A stretch of 64,000 nucleotides of DNA, from positions 148,180,001-148,244,000 of the forward strand of contig NC_042998.1 of assembly GCF_006345805.1 (NCBI RefSeq), given 5' to 3'. A model generated the notes under the pieces. It was not told where the DNA came from, made no database searches, and saw nothing but the letters and a program-made list of their open reading frames with translations. This document shows positions 12,164 to 27,078 of this stretch, piece by piece. This stretch comes from Octopus sinensis. Lineage: Eukaryota. Made by a program: the position numbers and the translations under genes. Each line of letters starts with the position of its first letter. Within the stretch, counting starts at the first letter, position 1.

Positions 12164-12214
12164 CACGTGCTGAAGAAGCTAAGGTCTTTACCAATGCAGA
12201 AATCGATCCACATG
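12164..12214 (+). ncRNA. Decayed hammerhead motif (PLE-type)
   Basis: cacgtg CTGAAGA (12170-12176) .. GAAA (12199-12202), palindrome ATCGAT, C17, then cacatg. Stem I pairs at 5 of 6 positions; stem II is imperfect. Confidence 0.45.
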
Positions 12215-12396
12215 AGTCCTAATACTTAAATGTGTGTTAGTAGATTATCTTAACCTGATTTTGCCTTCGTTTGATTTCTGTAGTTTTTCACTGGTGTATC
12301 TTTTGGTGATTTAATAATAAGAGTTTTGACTGTTATTTCAAGCAGGTTGACACACCTAGTATGTCCTTTCATTAATTTTAATTATATATATATATA

Positions 12397-12471
<75 letters not shown>

Positions 12472-12538
12472 CATATTTACATATATATACACAAATATAT
12501 ATACAGATATAAATGCATATATTTATATATATATGCAT

Positions 12539-12580
<42 letters not shown>

Positions 12581-12882
12581 AGTATGTATATATGTATACT
12601 TTTGTTGACTGAGGAGAGGTTCATAAGTCAGAAAAAGCAAGCACACTCAGTATATAAGTACCTATAATTATTAGAGAGGGAGTATGATTTTAAATGCAAT
12701 ATTATATTTCAGAATTATGTTCGAACAAGCAAAGCTACAGACTGTTTCATGTAAAGTCAGACATCCTTTTGCAGAAAGCATGACAACAATCGTCAAATAT
12801 GACTGAGCTGCTTGACGATTCTTTGATTATGTTTCAGTTTAGAGATATCTGAAACTGTCTATATTTCAAATTATAAATATAA

Positions 12883-13030
12883 AGCTAGTGGTTTGGCGAA
12901 AAGAGACCGATAGAATAAGTACCAGGTTAAGAAAGGAAAGTAAGTACTAGTTCCATCTATCCAATTGAAAGTATTTCAGACTGTGCCCCAGCATGACCGC
13001 AGTCTAATGTCTGAAACAGATGAAAAATAC
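12883..13030 (+). mobile_element. SINE family A 3' fragment
   Basis: ggcgaaaagagaccgatagaataagtacc..ccccagcatgaccgcagtctaatgtctgaaac. Confidence 0.7.
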
Positions 13031-13639
13031 ACGCACACACACATACACACGCACACACACACACACACACACACGCACACACACGCACACACACGCACAC
13101 ACACACACACACACATACACACACACACACACACACAACACACACACAGACACACAGACACACACACACACAAATATACACACAAACATGTATATGTTTG
13201 TTATGTTGTGCATGCCAGCGTGCAAATGTGCCTGTGTATGTGCGCGCGCGAGCCAATGAATGTATTAATGACCTACCGATCAATCGCATCAACTGGTGTA
13301 CCTGACCCACCTAATCCACACCATCTTCCGTATTCATTAAATTTCAATGCATGCATTCCTGTGAGGTTTTCGACCATCTCACGAAAACGCGCAATACTTC
13401 TTTTGTGTATTGAATGTGATCCTGGATTGTTGAGAGATTTGAAATAAAAAGATGAACTGTTAAGAAAAGATATTTTGCGAAACAACGAATATGAATCGAA
13501 AGGACTTCTCATTAAATCATATATTTACTGATATAATGTTGGACAAAATATTAAAATTATTATGTCTTTAGACATACATACATACATACATGTATGTGTA
13601 TATGTATGTCTAAAGACTAAAATAATTTCATATATCTGT

Positions 13640-14172
13640 GGACGGCATCACACATGTAATTAGTAGCTTTCCCAAAATGACATCAAAGCTAAATCAATAT
13701 AAAATGCCATTCGAAAAATTACTTCTGGAATACATATAGAGAAACTTCCTGTTACTGAATACATATACAAACACCAACACAAGGAATATTGGTGGAACAT
13801 TCTCATCAACATTTCTGTCAAGGTTAAAATAACAGACCATATATCTTTGTTTAGAACAGACAAGAGAATGCATGTACCGTCATAGAGAACAACTGCCCGG
13901 CTGACGTGAATATCTTTAACTAGAATCAAAGGAAAAGAGGCTAACTTCAAACAACTGCTTCGAGAGGTCCAGTTTCAATATCCAGATTATAAATTCACAT
14001 TTATGTCAATAATAATGAGTGTACATGGTTTTGTGAGTAACTGCCTAAATAACAATTCGGATAAGCTAGGGTCTTCAGAAAAAGAAATCAACCAGCTAAT
14101 TCGCACATTATGAATACATTCTGTAAGTGGAACAGTAAAACTATGCAAGACTTTTTGAAGTTTAAACTATGA
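13640..14172 (+). mobile_element. RLE-type non-LTR retrotransposon 3' fragment (restriction-like endonuclease domain)
   Basis: Across frameshifts: THVISSFPKM; EYWWNILINISVK; NRP(Y)IFV*; IENNCPADVNI; KEANFKQLLREVQFQYPDYKF; SVSGTVKLCKTF. This is the PD-(D/E)xK layout of RLE elements. Confidence 0.8.
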
Positions 14173-14317
14173 ACTTGATTTTTATTTATACATTGAAATG
14201 ATGGAGCTTGTATTTTTTTAGGAACTAGTTTCTTCCACAGAGGAATATTTTAAATAATTCAAAACAGATAGGATATGCTTATAAACCTAAAAAGACATGT
14301 TTATTCCATCAAGTACG

Positions 14318-15075
14318 GTAGAGAAAGTGCATTCCAGAAGTTTTTAAACTTGTTTTACGAAAGATTTATTAATTTCGGAGTAGCACAAAACTCTAATCTC
14401 CTTCAAAGAAGAATCCTCAGACCTTACTCGTAGCACTCCAGCCACTTCATGAAGGCTCCCATGTAAAGGTGTTCAGGACCTTTGTCTCAGTTTCCCTCAT
14501 CTCCATGACTTGAAAACGACCGCTACCGAGTTTTCTCTTCAGATTGGGAACAACAAAAAGTTACAGGAAACAAGGCCTAGTCAATAGGAAGGGTGTCAGT
14601 TAGTTGGTTACCAGGATGGAATTGGTGACTGGCGCATTGTCATTGTGCAAGTGCTACCGACCAGAATTGAGAGTTCTGGCCTTTTGCGACAAAATCTGTT
14701 CTCAAACTTCCTCAAAACCCCCACATAGTATTCTTTGTTGACCGTCTGGCTAGAGATAATCCAGTGGATATAAGTGATGCCCATGCTATCGAAAAAGGAG
14801 ATCAGCATAAGCTTCCCGGTGGATTTGCTTTGCTTGATTCCATGGGAATCGGAGAGCCGGGATGTTTCCATTGGGCATTTTGTCTCTTGGCCTCTGGATT
14901 ATAACAGTAGATCAAGCTTTCGCCAGTGGTCATTAGAGATTTAAATACTCTTGGATTGGAAGTAATGAACTCAAACATATCTCAAGCATATCTCAGCAGG
15001 AAAATCACCAACGCATCTTTCCTGCTCCTCGTCACTGAGCATCCTGAGGACAATGCTTAAGTTTCGCATATGTTC
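14318..15075 (-). mobile_element. Decayed mariner transposon (DDD domain to right TIR)
   Basis: TTGESLIYCYNPEAKRQ; KQSKSTGKLMLISFFDS.GI; QTVNKEYYVGVLRKF..RKRPEL; ends FFEGD* followed by a TIR like that at 1-141. Confidence 0.85.
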
Positions 15076-15553
15076 AGATGTTCATGAATAATGTTGTGTA
15101 TAGTTCTCACGCCAACTCCTAACTGTGTTTATTATCATTATAGACATACGACGATCTTCACCCAGAAAATTGCTAATTTTCTCAACCAACTCAGACGTAC
15201 GGACGTCCCTCTCCCTCCCACACCTCCCTCGTCGTCTTTCACTTTCTCTCTATCATCCTCGAACCTCTTGCGCCAGCGAAAACAGACGATCGCTTCACAG
15301 AAGTTAATCCATAAGCAGTCTGGAGTATTTCATTAGTTTCTGTAGTGTTTTTGCCCAGTTTACTTCAAGCTATTACATAGCAAGGTTCCAATTTTTCTTT
15401 ATGTCCCGAATGTATTTTGTAAACTAGTCAGCTGTGACAAACAGTGTTTAGAAGGTGTGTTCAAAGCGCTGTTACACTTCAATCTAGAATAACAATCGTT
15501 GGCAGATCAGCTTATTAGAAGTATAGTAATGACATATTAAAATTACTATAATA

Positions 15554-16034
<481 letters not shown>

Positions 16035-16591
16035 TATGGGACAATTATAACTGCTTCTCATAAAAATGTCTCAGACCTTCTAGACTGCACCTCGTATATA
16101 CACTAATTTTTAGGCAATTTGAAAATCCAAATATTCTCCATGATTCTAGAATGCATAGATTGCAATCAGTAAGTCTCCACATTCTGTATGGTTTACAATA
16201 TCTTCACTGAAATCTGGGTTAATGATTAAACTACATGATTCATTCATTCTTATTCATCGTCAAGAAAGATGTGCTCCACGGACTACAATATTTGTTTTAT
16301 GATAGATTCACAAGACAAGAACTGTTGTCAATGAAGTTGATATTCCAAGGAACTGTGGTTACTTACCGGCAGCACAAAGGGTGAGACTCACCAACATTAA
16401 ACAGTACAATGGATTCATGTTCTTCATTTTCACCTTTCAAAGAAAACCGACATCACAATGATTACACAAAAAGAAATATAAATTGATAATACGACTTTTA
16501 TACAGATTATACAGACATGACTTTATTTATAATGTGAATGGGTAATTGTTGACGTTCAAACCTTCTCAAGAAATGTTATAGAGGTAAAATA

Positions 16592-16864
16592 TTGTTTCCA
16601 AAATAGGCACAAGGCGGGAACTTGGGAAGGTGACTAGTCGATACAATCGATCCCAGTACGATCGATTGACCGGAAAAGAAACCACTGACACAAAAGCGCT
16701 GCATTTTCACGTTGTCACTTTTAATACTACACAACAACGTGTCTCCTTCAGTACAATACCACGTATCGACTTCAACGGGATTTGAACTCATAACGTAAAG
16801 ATCCGGAAGAAATGCTGCCTAGTACTTTGTCCGATGTGCTAACGATTCTGCCAGTTCACATCTT
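16592..16864 (-). mobile_element. tRNA-derived SINE family B copy
   Basis: Minus-strand head ctggcagaatcgttagcac..tacgttatgagttcaaatccc and tail ccttgtgcctattttggaaac. Confidence 0.7.
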
Positions 16865-17870
16865 AATATAGGTGTATACGGAAGATAAAACATTAATGTT
16901 TTCCCATTGGAGTAGCATAGTGGAGTAATTACAACTTTTGGATATCCGACTATTGGAGTGACGCAGCACAGTATCATAGTTATAATACACGATTCGTCAC
17001 TTTTACAAAACCTGCCTCTTTGCATGTTGTTTTTAGCAATTTTTCATTTATCTGAGTCTTTTAGGATCACTGTAGAAGAGTAGGGGTCAGCTTGAAAAAT
17101 GTAATTGAAAGGGTTCAAAGTACTGTGGTAGGAGAGAGAAAAAAAGCAGAAATATATCTTACATTTTGTCCTACGGAGTTTTCCACCATGTAAAGAACGA
17201 CAAAAGTGAATGAGAGCAATGCAAAACGATGGAAAGAGAAAGAGAGAGAGAGAGAAAGAGAGAGAGAGAAAGAGAAAGAGAGAGAAAGAGGGAGAGAGAG
17301 TGAGTGAGTGAGAAAGTGAGAGAGAGGGAGAGAGAGAGAGAGAAAGTGTTAATAAATATATGATTAGATACTCACAATATCGTTGTTGGAAGAAGATATA
17401 CTTTTTACGGTTTAACCAAACGAGGAAATGGGACCACGGCTCTGACTTGTTCGTAGATATTCTAAGATAAATAGAGTTGGAGAGGGTGGAAGACAATACA
17501 ACCAGCAATTTAAATAACCAGTTATGTTGTATGGTTTCAACAGAATGAAGTCCGATAAAATCTACCAAGGACCGACCATATAGAGATATTAGACAGGTTG
17601 ACAGATTAAGTCTAACCACTTCTAACATTTACCATTCATACGGCGAGCTCTCATCCAGTTTGTCTACCAAATTCACTTACAAACACAGAATCGATCCGAG
17701 GTCACTTCAGAATATAACTATCGAGAGCACTGCACTTTGGGGTTCACACCGGAACCACGGAACTATGGAGCAAATTTCTCAAGCAAATAGCTAAACCTTC
17801 GCTCCTATGATAAGGGTTTCAGGATGAAAAACACAAATTTAAACGAAGGAAACCTTTAATATGTTTTAAT

Positions 17871-18237
17871 TCTTTTACTTGTTTCATCTTTTTGACTGCG
17901 GCCATGCTGGAGCACCACTTTTAGTCGAGCAAATCAACCCCAGAACTTACACTTTGTAAGCCTAGAACTTACTCTATCGTTCGCTTTTGCCGAACCGCAA
18001 AGTTACGGGGACGTAAACTCACTAGCATCGGTTGTCAAGCGATGTTGGGGGACAAGCACAGACACACAAACATATGCACACAAACACACATATATACATA
18101 TATACGACGGGCTCCTTTCAGTTTCTGTCTACCAAATCCACTCACAAGGCTTTGGTCGGCCTGAGGCTATAGTAAAAGACACTTGCCCAAGGTGTCATGT
18201 GATTGGTAAGCAAGCGACTTACCACACAGCCACTCCT
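17871..18237 (-). mobile_element. SINE family A copy
   Basis: Head to tail similarity to the other family A copies. Confidence 0.85.
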
Positions 18238-18781
18238 AAGTTTAATTAATGTTTAGTCTTTTTAGTAATTATTTAAAAATCTTACTTTAATTTTGCTTAA
18301 AATTCTTTTAAATGTTTAGTAGTTGAGGTGTAGTCTTTTTAACAATTCCTTTATAAAGGTTTAGTTGCGCTTACATGTTAAGATTTACTTCTAAAACTTC
18401 CAATTCGGCTTAAAAGTTCTGCCCAATGACTGAGTTGTATTTTAATTTTTAATGGCTTATTCGATGATATTTGTATGCACATACATACACCCACGCACAC
18501 ATATATATAGTTTTACATACATACACATATTTGTATATGTATATTTGTATGTGCGTATACATGTGTGTGTGTGTGCATATATATATATATATAAATATAT
18601 ATACACACTAGCATTATGACCCATCGTTGCCGGGTCATAGTGCTAGTGCATGTATATATGTTTATATATATGTGTACATATTACATGTACATCTATATAT
18701 ATACATCTACACATAAAATACAAAATACAAAGTTATATCTTGATATCGCTAGTGATAACAATACTCAAAATATATAACAGA

Positions 18782-19245
18782 CTGGAATTGTAGGCTCGCC
18801 TCTTGCAATTTCGATCAATTGTATCTTGTCCTCCCTCTTGTATAGAAGTGTGACTACAATCCAGCCTACCTCTACTTCTGGGGGACATTTTAAATTTTTA
18901 TCCGGGACGTCCTACGTCCCAGATATAAAGGTAAAATTAAAATATTTCCACTTTGCATGGTTCGAGTCGAGTACTCCCTTGCACGCTCCATTGACTCGAA
19001 CTTTGCTTTTATTATGGCGAATTTACCGCCTCTGGTTAGATACTTGATATCTTTCATAGTCGCACCAAGACACTTTTCGATGGTGTTTTTCTCCAGGTGT
19101 TCAAATCTTTTTTTTCTCTACATTGTATACTTTATAGACAATAGTCTTTTCTTTAATTTAATTTTTTATTTCGTTTGGTGGTGTTATCCTAGATTCACCG
19201 TCTTTGTCGGTGATCAATCCGAAATAGGTTTGTATTTCTTCCATT
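18782..19245 (-). pseudogene. Fragment resembling ORF1 (RRM-like) of a Tx1/L1 LINE
   Basis: With two stops and two frameshifts: MEEIQTYFGLITDKDG..IKEKTIVYKVYNVEKK/FEHLEKNTIEKCLG..KYLTRGGKFAIIKAKFESMERAREYSTRTMQSGNILILPLYLGRRTSRIKI*NVP/PEVEVGWIVVTLL. The family assignment is from memory of similar proteins. Confidence 0.55.
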
Positions 19246-20021
19246 TTAATTTTAATGAGTTCGTGCCCGCCGACGGCTGCAGCGAAATTCATTTTGGCAC
19301 TTTCTTCTATCGAAGGCATTCTAACAAAAATGCTTCCGTATAAACGGTGAAAATATTGTCAATTTCCCCAAACAGGGACAATTCAATTTTTAAACAATAA
19401 CCAAAGTTCCTACTCCCAAAGGGGGAGGGTTACAGTTTACAATTATTTAACAAATGCAACACTACAACGTTTCCCTTACGAGGAACCAACAAACGTGATA
19501 ACAATAGTTAAACAGTAATAATAATAACAACAAACCTTACGGTCAATCAAAAAGCAGTACACAGTTGAAGCTATAGTCCTTTATATATAAGAAATAAACC
19601 AACAGCAGTACTCAGTAGAAGCGGCTGTTCGAGAAAACAGACATTACATACAGCCAAACTTCATATAGATACTTAATGCTAGCTAATTAGCAGATAATCT
19701 AATGTAAAAGTCGTGGTAAACGGTATATGCACAGCTCCATCCTGACTATTCCATTTCTGCACACTAATTTTATTTTTAATTTATTCCCATTCATGTGAAA
19801 CCACTTATTCAAGTTCAAGTCATTGATGCAATTTTATACCAATTGCTATTTTTACTTTTGTTATGTTACGATTATATTATACTTTAGTTTGATTTTAATT
19901 ATTACTTACTACATATAATTCAATTGTTATTATTTAACGCTAATTTTTAATGTTAAAGTGAAAGTATCTGACATAAAATAGAGAAATGTTTTCGTTTCAC
20001 TTTTAACACGTAATACTGAAA

Positions 20022-20315
20022 TAGTGGAGAAGATATGATATTGCTATGGGCTGGCCCTAGGCAAGAAGTTGAACATTTGTTTTTGCCCATGAAGCTACAT
20101 GGACCCTAAGTAAATAATGTGTAAAATTTGAATGAAATTGGTTGTGTAGTTCTCAAGTTTTAGGGAATCGTAGTGGAGAAGATATGATATTGCTGTGGGC
20201 TCGCCCTAGGCAAAAAGTTAAACATTATTTTTGCCGATGACACTCACCGGACCCTAAGTAAAGCATGTGTAAAATTTGAATGAAATTGATTGTGTAGTTC
20301 TCAAGTTTTAGGGAA
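20022..20315. repeat. Tandem duplication, 149-bp unit x2
   Basis: Units start tagtggagaagatatgatattgct at 20022 and 20171 and both end gtagttctcaagttttagggaa. Confidence 0.95.
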
Positions 20316-20348
20316 CACACAGGCAGACAGACAGACACACATTCTCAG

Positions 20349-20436
<88 letters not shown>

Positions 20437-20778
20437 TGTGTGTGTGAGTGTGCGTGTGTGCGTGTATATATATATACACACATATATACATACACACATA
20501 CATATATACATATATATACATATAAATATATATACATATATTTATACACATATAAATAAATATGTATGTATATATATATATACATATAAATACATATATA
20601 TGTATATATATATATATATATTATATATATATACATATATATATATACGCATAAATTTATACATATATTACATCATAAAAAATCTCTCACCCACACAACT
20701 ACCTGAATAAGTAATCATCATTTAGACTCACCTCTGGCCTCCACCAATCAAATGTAATTTGGAAATGACAAGCCTAGA

Positions 20779-20809
<31 letters not shown>

Positions 20810-20899
20810 ATCTAAATCAATAAAAAAAAGAAACAAAAACAAAAGAAACGATATTGAGTTGCCCCGGAACCGAGAAGAGGATATATTTATTGTTCTTGC

Positions 20900-21271
20900 A
20901 GCTGATGTTGTAAACAATTGTTGTTGTTGTTGTTGTTGTTGCTATAGTTATTGTTTTTGCTGTTGTTGTCACTCCTGCTGTTGCTTTTGATTGCTGTTAC
21001 CGTTGTTGTTGCTGTTGATGTTGTTGGGGGTGGTGTAGATAGTGGAGGCAGTATTGATGTTATTGCTGTTGTGGTGGTTATTGTTGTTAGTTATTCTTTA
21101 GGAAGTGGTGGTGCTAGTGGTTTTGTTGACGTGGTGGATGTTTTTGTTATTGTTGTTCTTGTTGCTGTTGCCTTTATTGACCACGGTGGTGGTGGTGATG
21201 ATGTTCATGTTGATATTTATGTTAATGCTAATCATTTTTCATTGTTTTGCTCATCGTCATCGTCGTCGTTG

Positions 21272-21325
<54 letters not shown>

Positions 21326-21341
21326 CCACCATCACCATCAC

Positions 21342-21406
<65 letters not shown>

Positions 21407-21590
21407 AGGTTAATGCTCTATTGTTTGGCGTTGTTATTATTGTCGTTGTTGTTGCTATTGTTGTTATTATTATTATCATTATTATTATTAGCAGTAGTAG
21501 TAGTAGTAGTAGTAGTAGTTGTGGACGTGGTGGTGACGATGGTGGTGGTGGTAGTAGTAGTTGTTACTATTAGTATAATAGTTAAAATGG
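20900..21590. repeat. Compound trinucleotide array (GTT, GGT, ATC, ATT, AGT)
   Basis: Read directly from the sequence; includes a near-pure (ATC)n at about 21270-21405. Confidence 0.95.
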
Positions 21591-21624
21591 CTCAGCCATA
21601 AGAAATAAGTGATATGTGTTTGAT

Positions 21625-21670
<46 letters not shown>

Positions 21671-21766
21671 GAAGAGAGAAGTAGAAAAAGAGAACGTACC
21701 ATAATGAGACAAAAGAAAAAAAACGATAAAGCGAAGAAAGAAAAGAGCACGAGAAAAAAAATAGAT

Positions 21767-21812
<46 letters not shown>

Positions 21813-21819
21813 ATATAGG

Positions 21820-21855
<36 letters not shown>

Positions 21856-21974
21856 AAGAAAGATAGGTAGATAGACAGACAGATAGACAAATAGATAAAT
21901 AGATAGATAGATTGATAGATAGAAAGATAGGTAGATAGACAGACAGATAGACAGACAGATAGACAGATAGATAG

Positions 21975-22039
<65 letters not shown>

Positions 22040-22045
22040 TAGATC

Positions 22046-22095
<50 letters not shown>

Positions 22096-22244
22096 GAGGT
22101 TCAGAGATAGATTGCTAGATAGGCGGATATCAAGTAAGATGATACATAGATGACTAAGCACATAGGTATATTTATGCAAGCACAGAAACAAACACACCGT
22201 ATCTAAGTATGTATATATATATATATTTATTTATATATATATAT

Positions 22245-22330
<86 letters not shown>

Positions 22331-22543
22331 GGTGGTGGTAAAGATAGATACGGTGCTCGAATGAAGAAAAAGAGTTAGAGAGATAAATAGGAAACCATTA
22401 TGGATAGACCCTCGTGAACTGGAGATAATAATGGCGATGAAATTCTAGCAGGGCATGTAATTTAAATTTCATTGTGTGTATGTGTGTTGTGTATGGGCAC
22501 ATAAGTGCACACGCATGTATATGTGTGTCTATATATAATATAT

Positions 22544-22595
<52 letters not shown>

Positions 22596-22962
22596 TATAT
22601 ATAATATATATACATAATATATATATATATATATATATATAATAAGATATATATATATATAATAAATATATATATATATGATATATGTATATGTATGTGT
22701 GTGTGTATACATATGTATGCATGCTTATATAAATTTAAGAACTAAATAGTTACATTATATATATACATACACACACATGTGCATATGCATATATAGGAAT
22801 ATATATATATCTTGCTACACATATATACCCAGGTATGCAAATTAATATACATTCATAGCTATATTCGCATGTATATCGAAAGGTACGTGTATATATCCAT
22901 TTGTGTGTGCATATATACATATACATACAAATAAATATATGTATGTGTGCGTATGTGTGTAT

Positions 22963-22996
<34 letters not shown>

Positions 22997-23101
22997 CTCT
23001 CTATTAAATATTATACATATATATATAATGCATATATATGTATGTATATATATATATATATGTATATATATTATATATATATACACACACATATAAATAT
23101 T

Positions 23102-23171
<70 letters not shown>

Positions 23172-23348
23172 CATATATATGTATGTATCATATATATATA
23201 TGTATATAGGTTTTTTATTTATGCATATGTATATATGTTATATATGTAATTGAGCTTGTGAAATTATAAATTATATTGTGCATATTTGAGTGCGTGGCAA
23301 TATGCGTATGCCCCTGCATGTTTTTGTATCTGTGTGCAGGTGTGTGTT

Positions 23349-23390
<42 letters not shown>

Positions 23391-23938
23391 CGGGTGCACG
23401 ATTGCGTATGTGTTCGCTTGTGTGTATGTCTGTGTACATGTGAACGTGTTTTTTTGAACGCGTATGTGTGCATGCTTACACGGTTGATGCCAATAAGAAG
23501 CGGTTAACGCAAAGACGTCGAAATCCCATACATGTGTTTCACACACGCACAGGCATACGTCGAAATCCCATGCAACTGTTTCACAGAAACACGCGCGTGC
23601 AAACACACACGCGCGCGCACATGCACATTATCCCCGTCTCAAGTGTCTTTCTCCTTTCACATACATGGATAAATACATTCACACACACACACTCACACAC
23701 ACACTTACACACACATACATACACACATCGATTCAGAGCTAAACACGCCCAGCCTATATCCTATACATTCACATGCACACACCGTCACATGTTGCCCAAC
23801 TCTCTAATGCTCTTTATATAATATATTTTTTAAAACCAACGCTGCATGTTGCTAATTCCGACAAGATATTGTATTTATTTACGTTATCTAGTTATTCATT
23901 TTATAATTTAATTATTTGGTTATTGTTATTTAATCCTG

Positions 23939-24086
<148 letters not shown>

Positions 24087-24138
24087 ATGTATATTCATAT
24101 ATGCATGTATGTATATGCATTGCGTATACACACACACA

Positions 24139-24212
<74 letters not shown>

Positions 24213-24281
24213 TATTATATTATATTATGTATTCATATATGCATGTATGTATATATGCATATGTGCGTATACACACACACA

Positions 24282-24332
<51 letters not shown>

Positions 24333-24660
24333 TATTATATAAATATACATATATATATTATGTATATCGTATATGCATGTATGTTTATGCATATGAGCGT
24401 ATATATATATACATATATATACATGTATGTATATATATATATATATGTATGTGTATATTTCTTCTTAAGGCAGCTCACATAATTTTCAATTCCTGTAATT
24501 TTGTTTCCATATTTGCATCAAATACATAAATTTTACCATCCGTTACTTTCTCAAACAGCGTGCGCATCCCCTCCACATATTCAAATGTATAGACAAACGG
24601 TGTACCCACATGCATGTACACATAAAATTCAAAATCAGTTACACACAATCACATGCATGC

Positions 24661-24723
<63 letters not shown>

Positions 24724-24836
24724 ACAATGTACGTGATATACATGTATGCATATATTTATATATCTCTGTATGTATATATAGGTGCGTGTACGTCTGTGTA
24801 TGGAATATATTTAATTTTATTTGTATTTGAATAATA

Positions 24837-24886
<50 letters not shown>

Positions 24887-25116
24887 CACTCATATATGTA
24901 AGTATATATATGAAGAAGCGTATGTACATGTATACATACATATATACATACGTACATATCATAATACATATATATATATATGTATGTATGTGTGTGTATA
25001 TATATGTCTAAAAGCATATATACATGTAAACATATTTGCATATATATGTATATACAGATTTCCATATATATACGCCTGTATGTATGAATATATGTACATG
25101 CATATCTATCTCTTTG

Positions 25117-25191
<75 letters not shown>

Positions 25192-25237
25192 GTCTGTCAA
25201 TCTATCTATTTCTGTCTGTCTGTCTGACTCTCTCTCA

Positions 25238-25285
<48 letters not shown>

Positions 25286-25634
25286 ATCTATGTATATGTA
25301 TATAAGTAATACAGAGTACAGAGTTTTAATTGGGTTTATTTCAAGTTTCCTTTCTCCGAAAGTCATCTTTATTCCTCTTAACTTTTTCAGACATTTCAGT
25401 TTCCGTTGCGATGTATAACTTGTTGAGGGTATGATCAGGAGTTATTTCCCTTAACCATATAATGAAATTTCAAAATAATGAAAAGAAAAAAGGAAACAGG
25501 TAAAAAGTATAAAAGATACAAAATAATCACAGGGTTAACCATTGCGAATAAATATATTGAAAAATAGAAGAGAGAAAAGAAGAGACTGAAAAATATATGT
25601 GACGAATGTGTTTCGTACTCGCAAACACTCACAG

Positions 25635-25677
<43 letters not shown>

Positions 25678-25941
25678 GAGACAACTTATTTTTCGAAAGT
25701 CATATAGTTCAATTACATAATATATGCATTTTGAAATGTCTACACGTTTTGAATATTTCTGACGGGTTGTTTCCATATGTAAATTTTTAAGGACCAGACT
25801 TTCTTCTGCTGTGTTAAGATCACATCTCTCATTTCCGTTCTTGTGTGATTTTGGATTTTCAATAATATTCCAATTTCAATAATATTCGAAGTTCTTTCCT
25901 AAAATACACGCAGAAAGGCTTAATCATATCTGCTAAATATA

Positions 25942-26764
25942 CAGGGTGAGGTAAATAAACTGTCGTCTAATTTACGCAAAAATGAAAATAACACTGACAT
26001 CTCGTTATAACAGATATATTTACCAAAATTACATAAAAATATCTTGAAATACTACAGAGTAAATCTATTCAATAAAACCGCCATTGGCTTCCACCACGAC
26101 ACCGAGACGACTTTGGAATCTCCTATAACTTCTCTGGATGGTTTCCTTGTTTAAGTTGGTGAATGCTGCCATAATCCTTGCCTTCAGTTCATCTTTGGTG
26201 TTACAAGGAGTTTTGTGGCTAGATGTTAGAGGTGATGTGGTCACAGAAATTGTCTGACAGCTATGACTGAGTTCTCCTGCTTGTGTGGCATGGTGCAGAG
26301 TCCCGTTTCCAGATATAGGGTCTCCCAGCAGCTACCCCCTTGATCCAGGGCAGCACTACCTCCTCCAGGCACTTGATGTAAGCCTCTGTGCTGAGTCTGA
26401 TACTATGCTGGAAGATGAATGGAGGCATAACGTCGCCATAACTAGTGATCACTGCAAAATCCATGATGTTGACTGGATGTTTGATATTTATCACTCTCGT
26501 TCATGTCCTCAGGTTGTACTGACCTCAGATTGACACCCAAATACTCTGAAATGTTCGTATTGGAGCTTCCAGCTCGAATGCCAAGTAGCACAGCATATCA
26601 TTTCCAAATTTCTGGAAGAGTGAAAAGCGTCATGGTGCTGTTTTTCTCAAAGGCGGTGCCCAACTGACCCTACTATACTGTATAGTCGACAAGATCAAAA
26701 ACTAACAATGCGCATGCGCTAAATTATAATTATATAATGGTGACAGTTTACCCATCGCATTTTG
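25942..26764 (-). mobile_element. Internally deleted maT-like (DD37D-type) Tc1/mariner element with both TIRs
   Basis: TA flanks on both sides and imperfect TIRs (cagggtgaggtaaataaactgtc / gacagtttacccatcgcattttg). Reads GDVMPPFIF..EAYIKCLEEVVLPWIK..RDSAPCHTSRRTQ and TKDELKARI..EANGGFIE*; the NSPD..D segment is deleted. Confidence 0.85.
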
Positions 26765-27078
26765 TATCTTGCAACGCAAAGGCTATGAATTATGATGCAG
26801 AGTTTACTTCCATAAAACCAGATCTAACTGAGACGCGTAAACGATTGACAGGCACAGAGAGGTGAACAGAAGAAAAAGAGTTTCTATAGAAGAGTTACCA
26901 CATTGGCCTGTGCCATTTGAGGAATCTATGTCAGTTGATGAGAAAGTTATGCTTAATTTTTGCATTTCTATCGGACAACCCTCGTATATACAGTTCTATA
27001 TTTAAGAGATGAGGAATTATGTACATTACTTACATTATTTACATTTTACGGATATTTGACCTCATCTTGTTTGTTGTT

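Larger units (their letters stand above)
18608..20360 (-). mobile_element. Non-autonomous Helitron-like element (~1.75 kb)
   Basis: The minus-strand 3' end has a hairpin (gacccg..tgggtc) followed by CTAG and then T. The other end has a (GACA)n tract running into (TA)n, and there is an internal 149-bp tandem duplication. That both ends belong to one element is inferred. Confidence 0.5.

Noticed and set aside
18957-19343. Plus-strand 128-aa ORF
   Set aside because: Antisense shadow of the minus-strand ORF1-like peptide; Phe-rich and not protein-like.
20022-20315. Repeat pairs as CRISPR-like arrays
   Set aside because: Eukaryotic context, no unique spacers and no cas genes; this is a simple tandem duplication.
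20951-21601. Poly-Ser/His/Ile ORFs
   Set aside because: Open in several frames only because the trinucleotide arrays lack stops.
26870-26988. Mariner 3' end (ggacaaccctcgTA) next to the Penelope element, and a similar stub at about 16050-16096
   Set aside because: TIR-like ends are plausible but too short and decayed to annotate.
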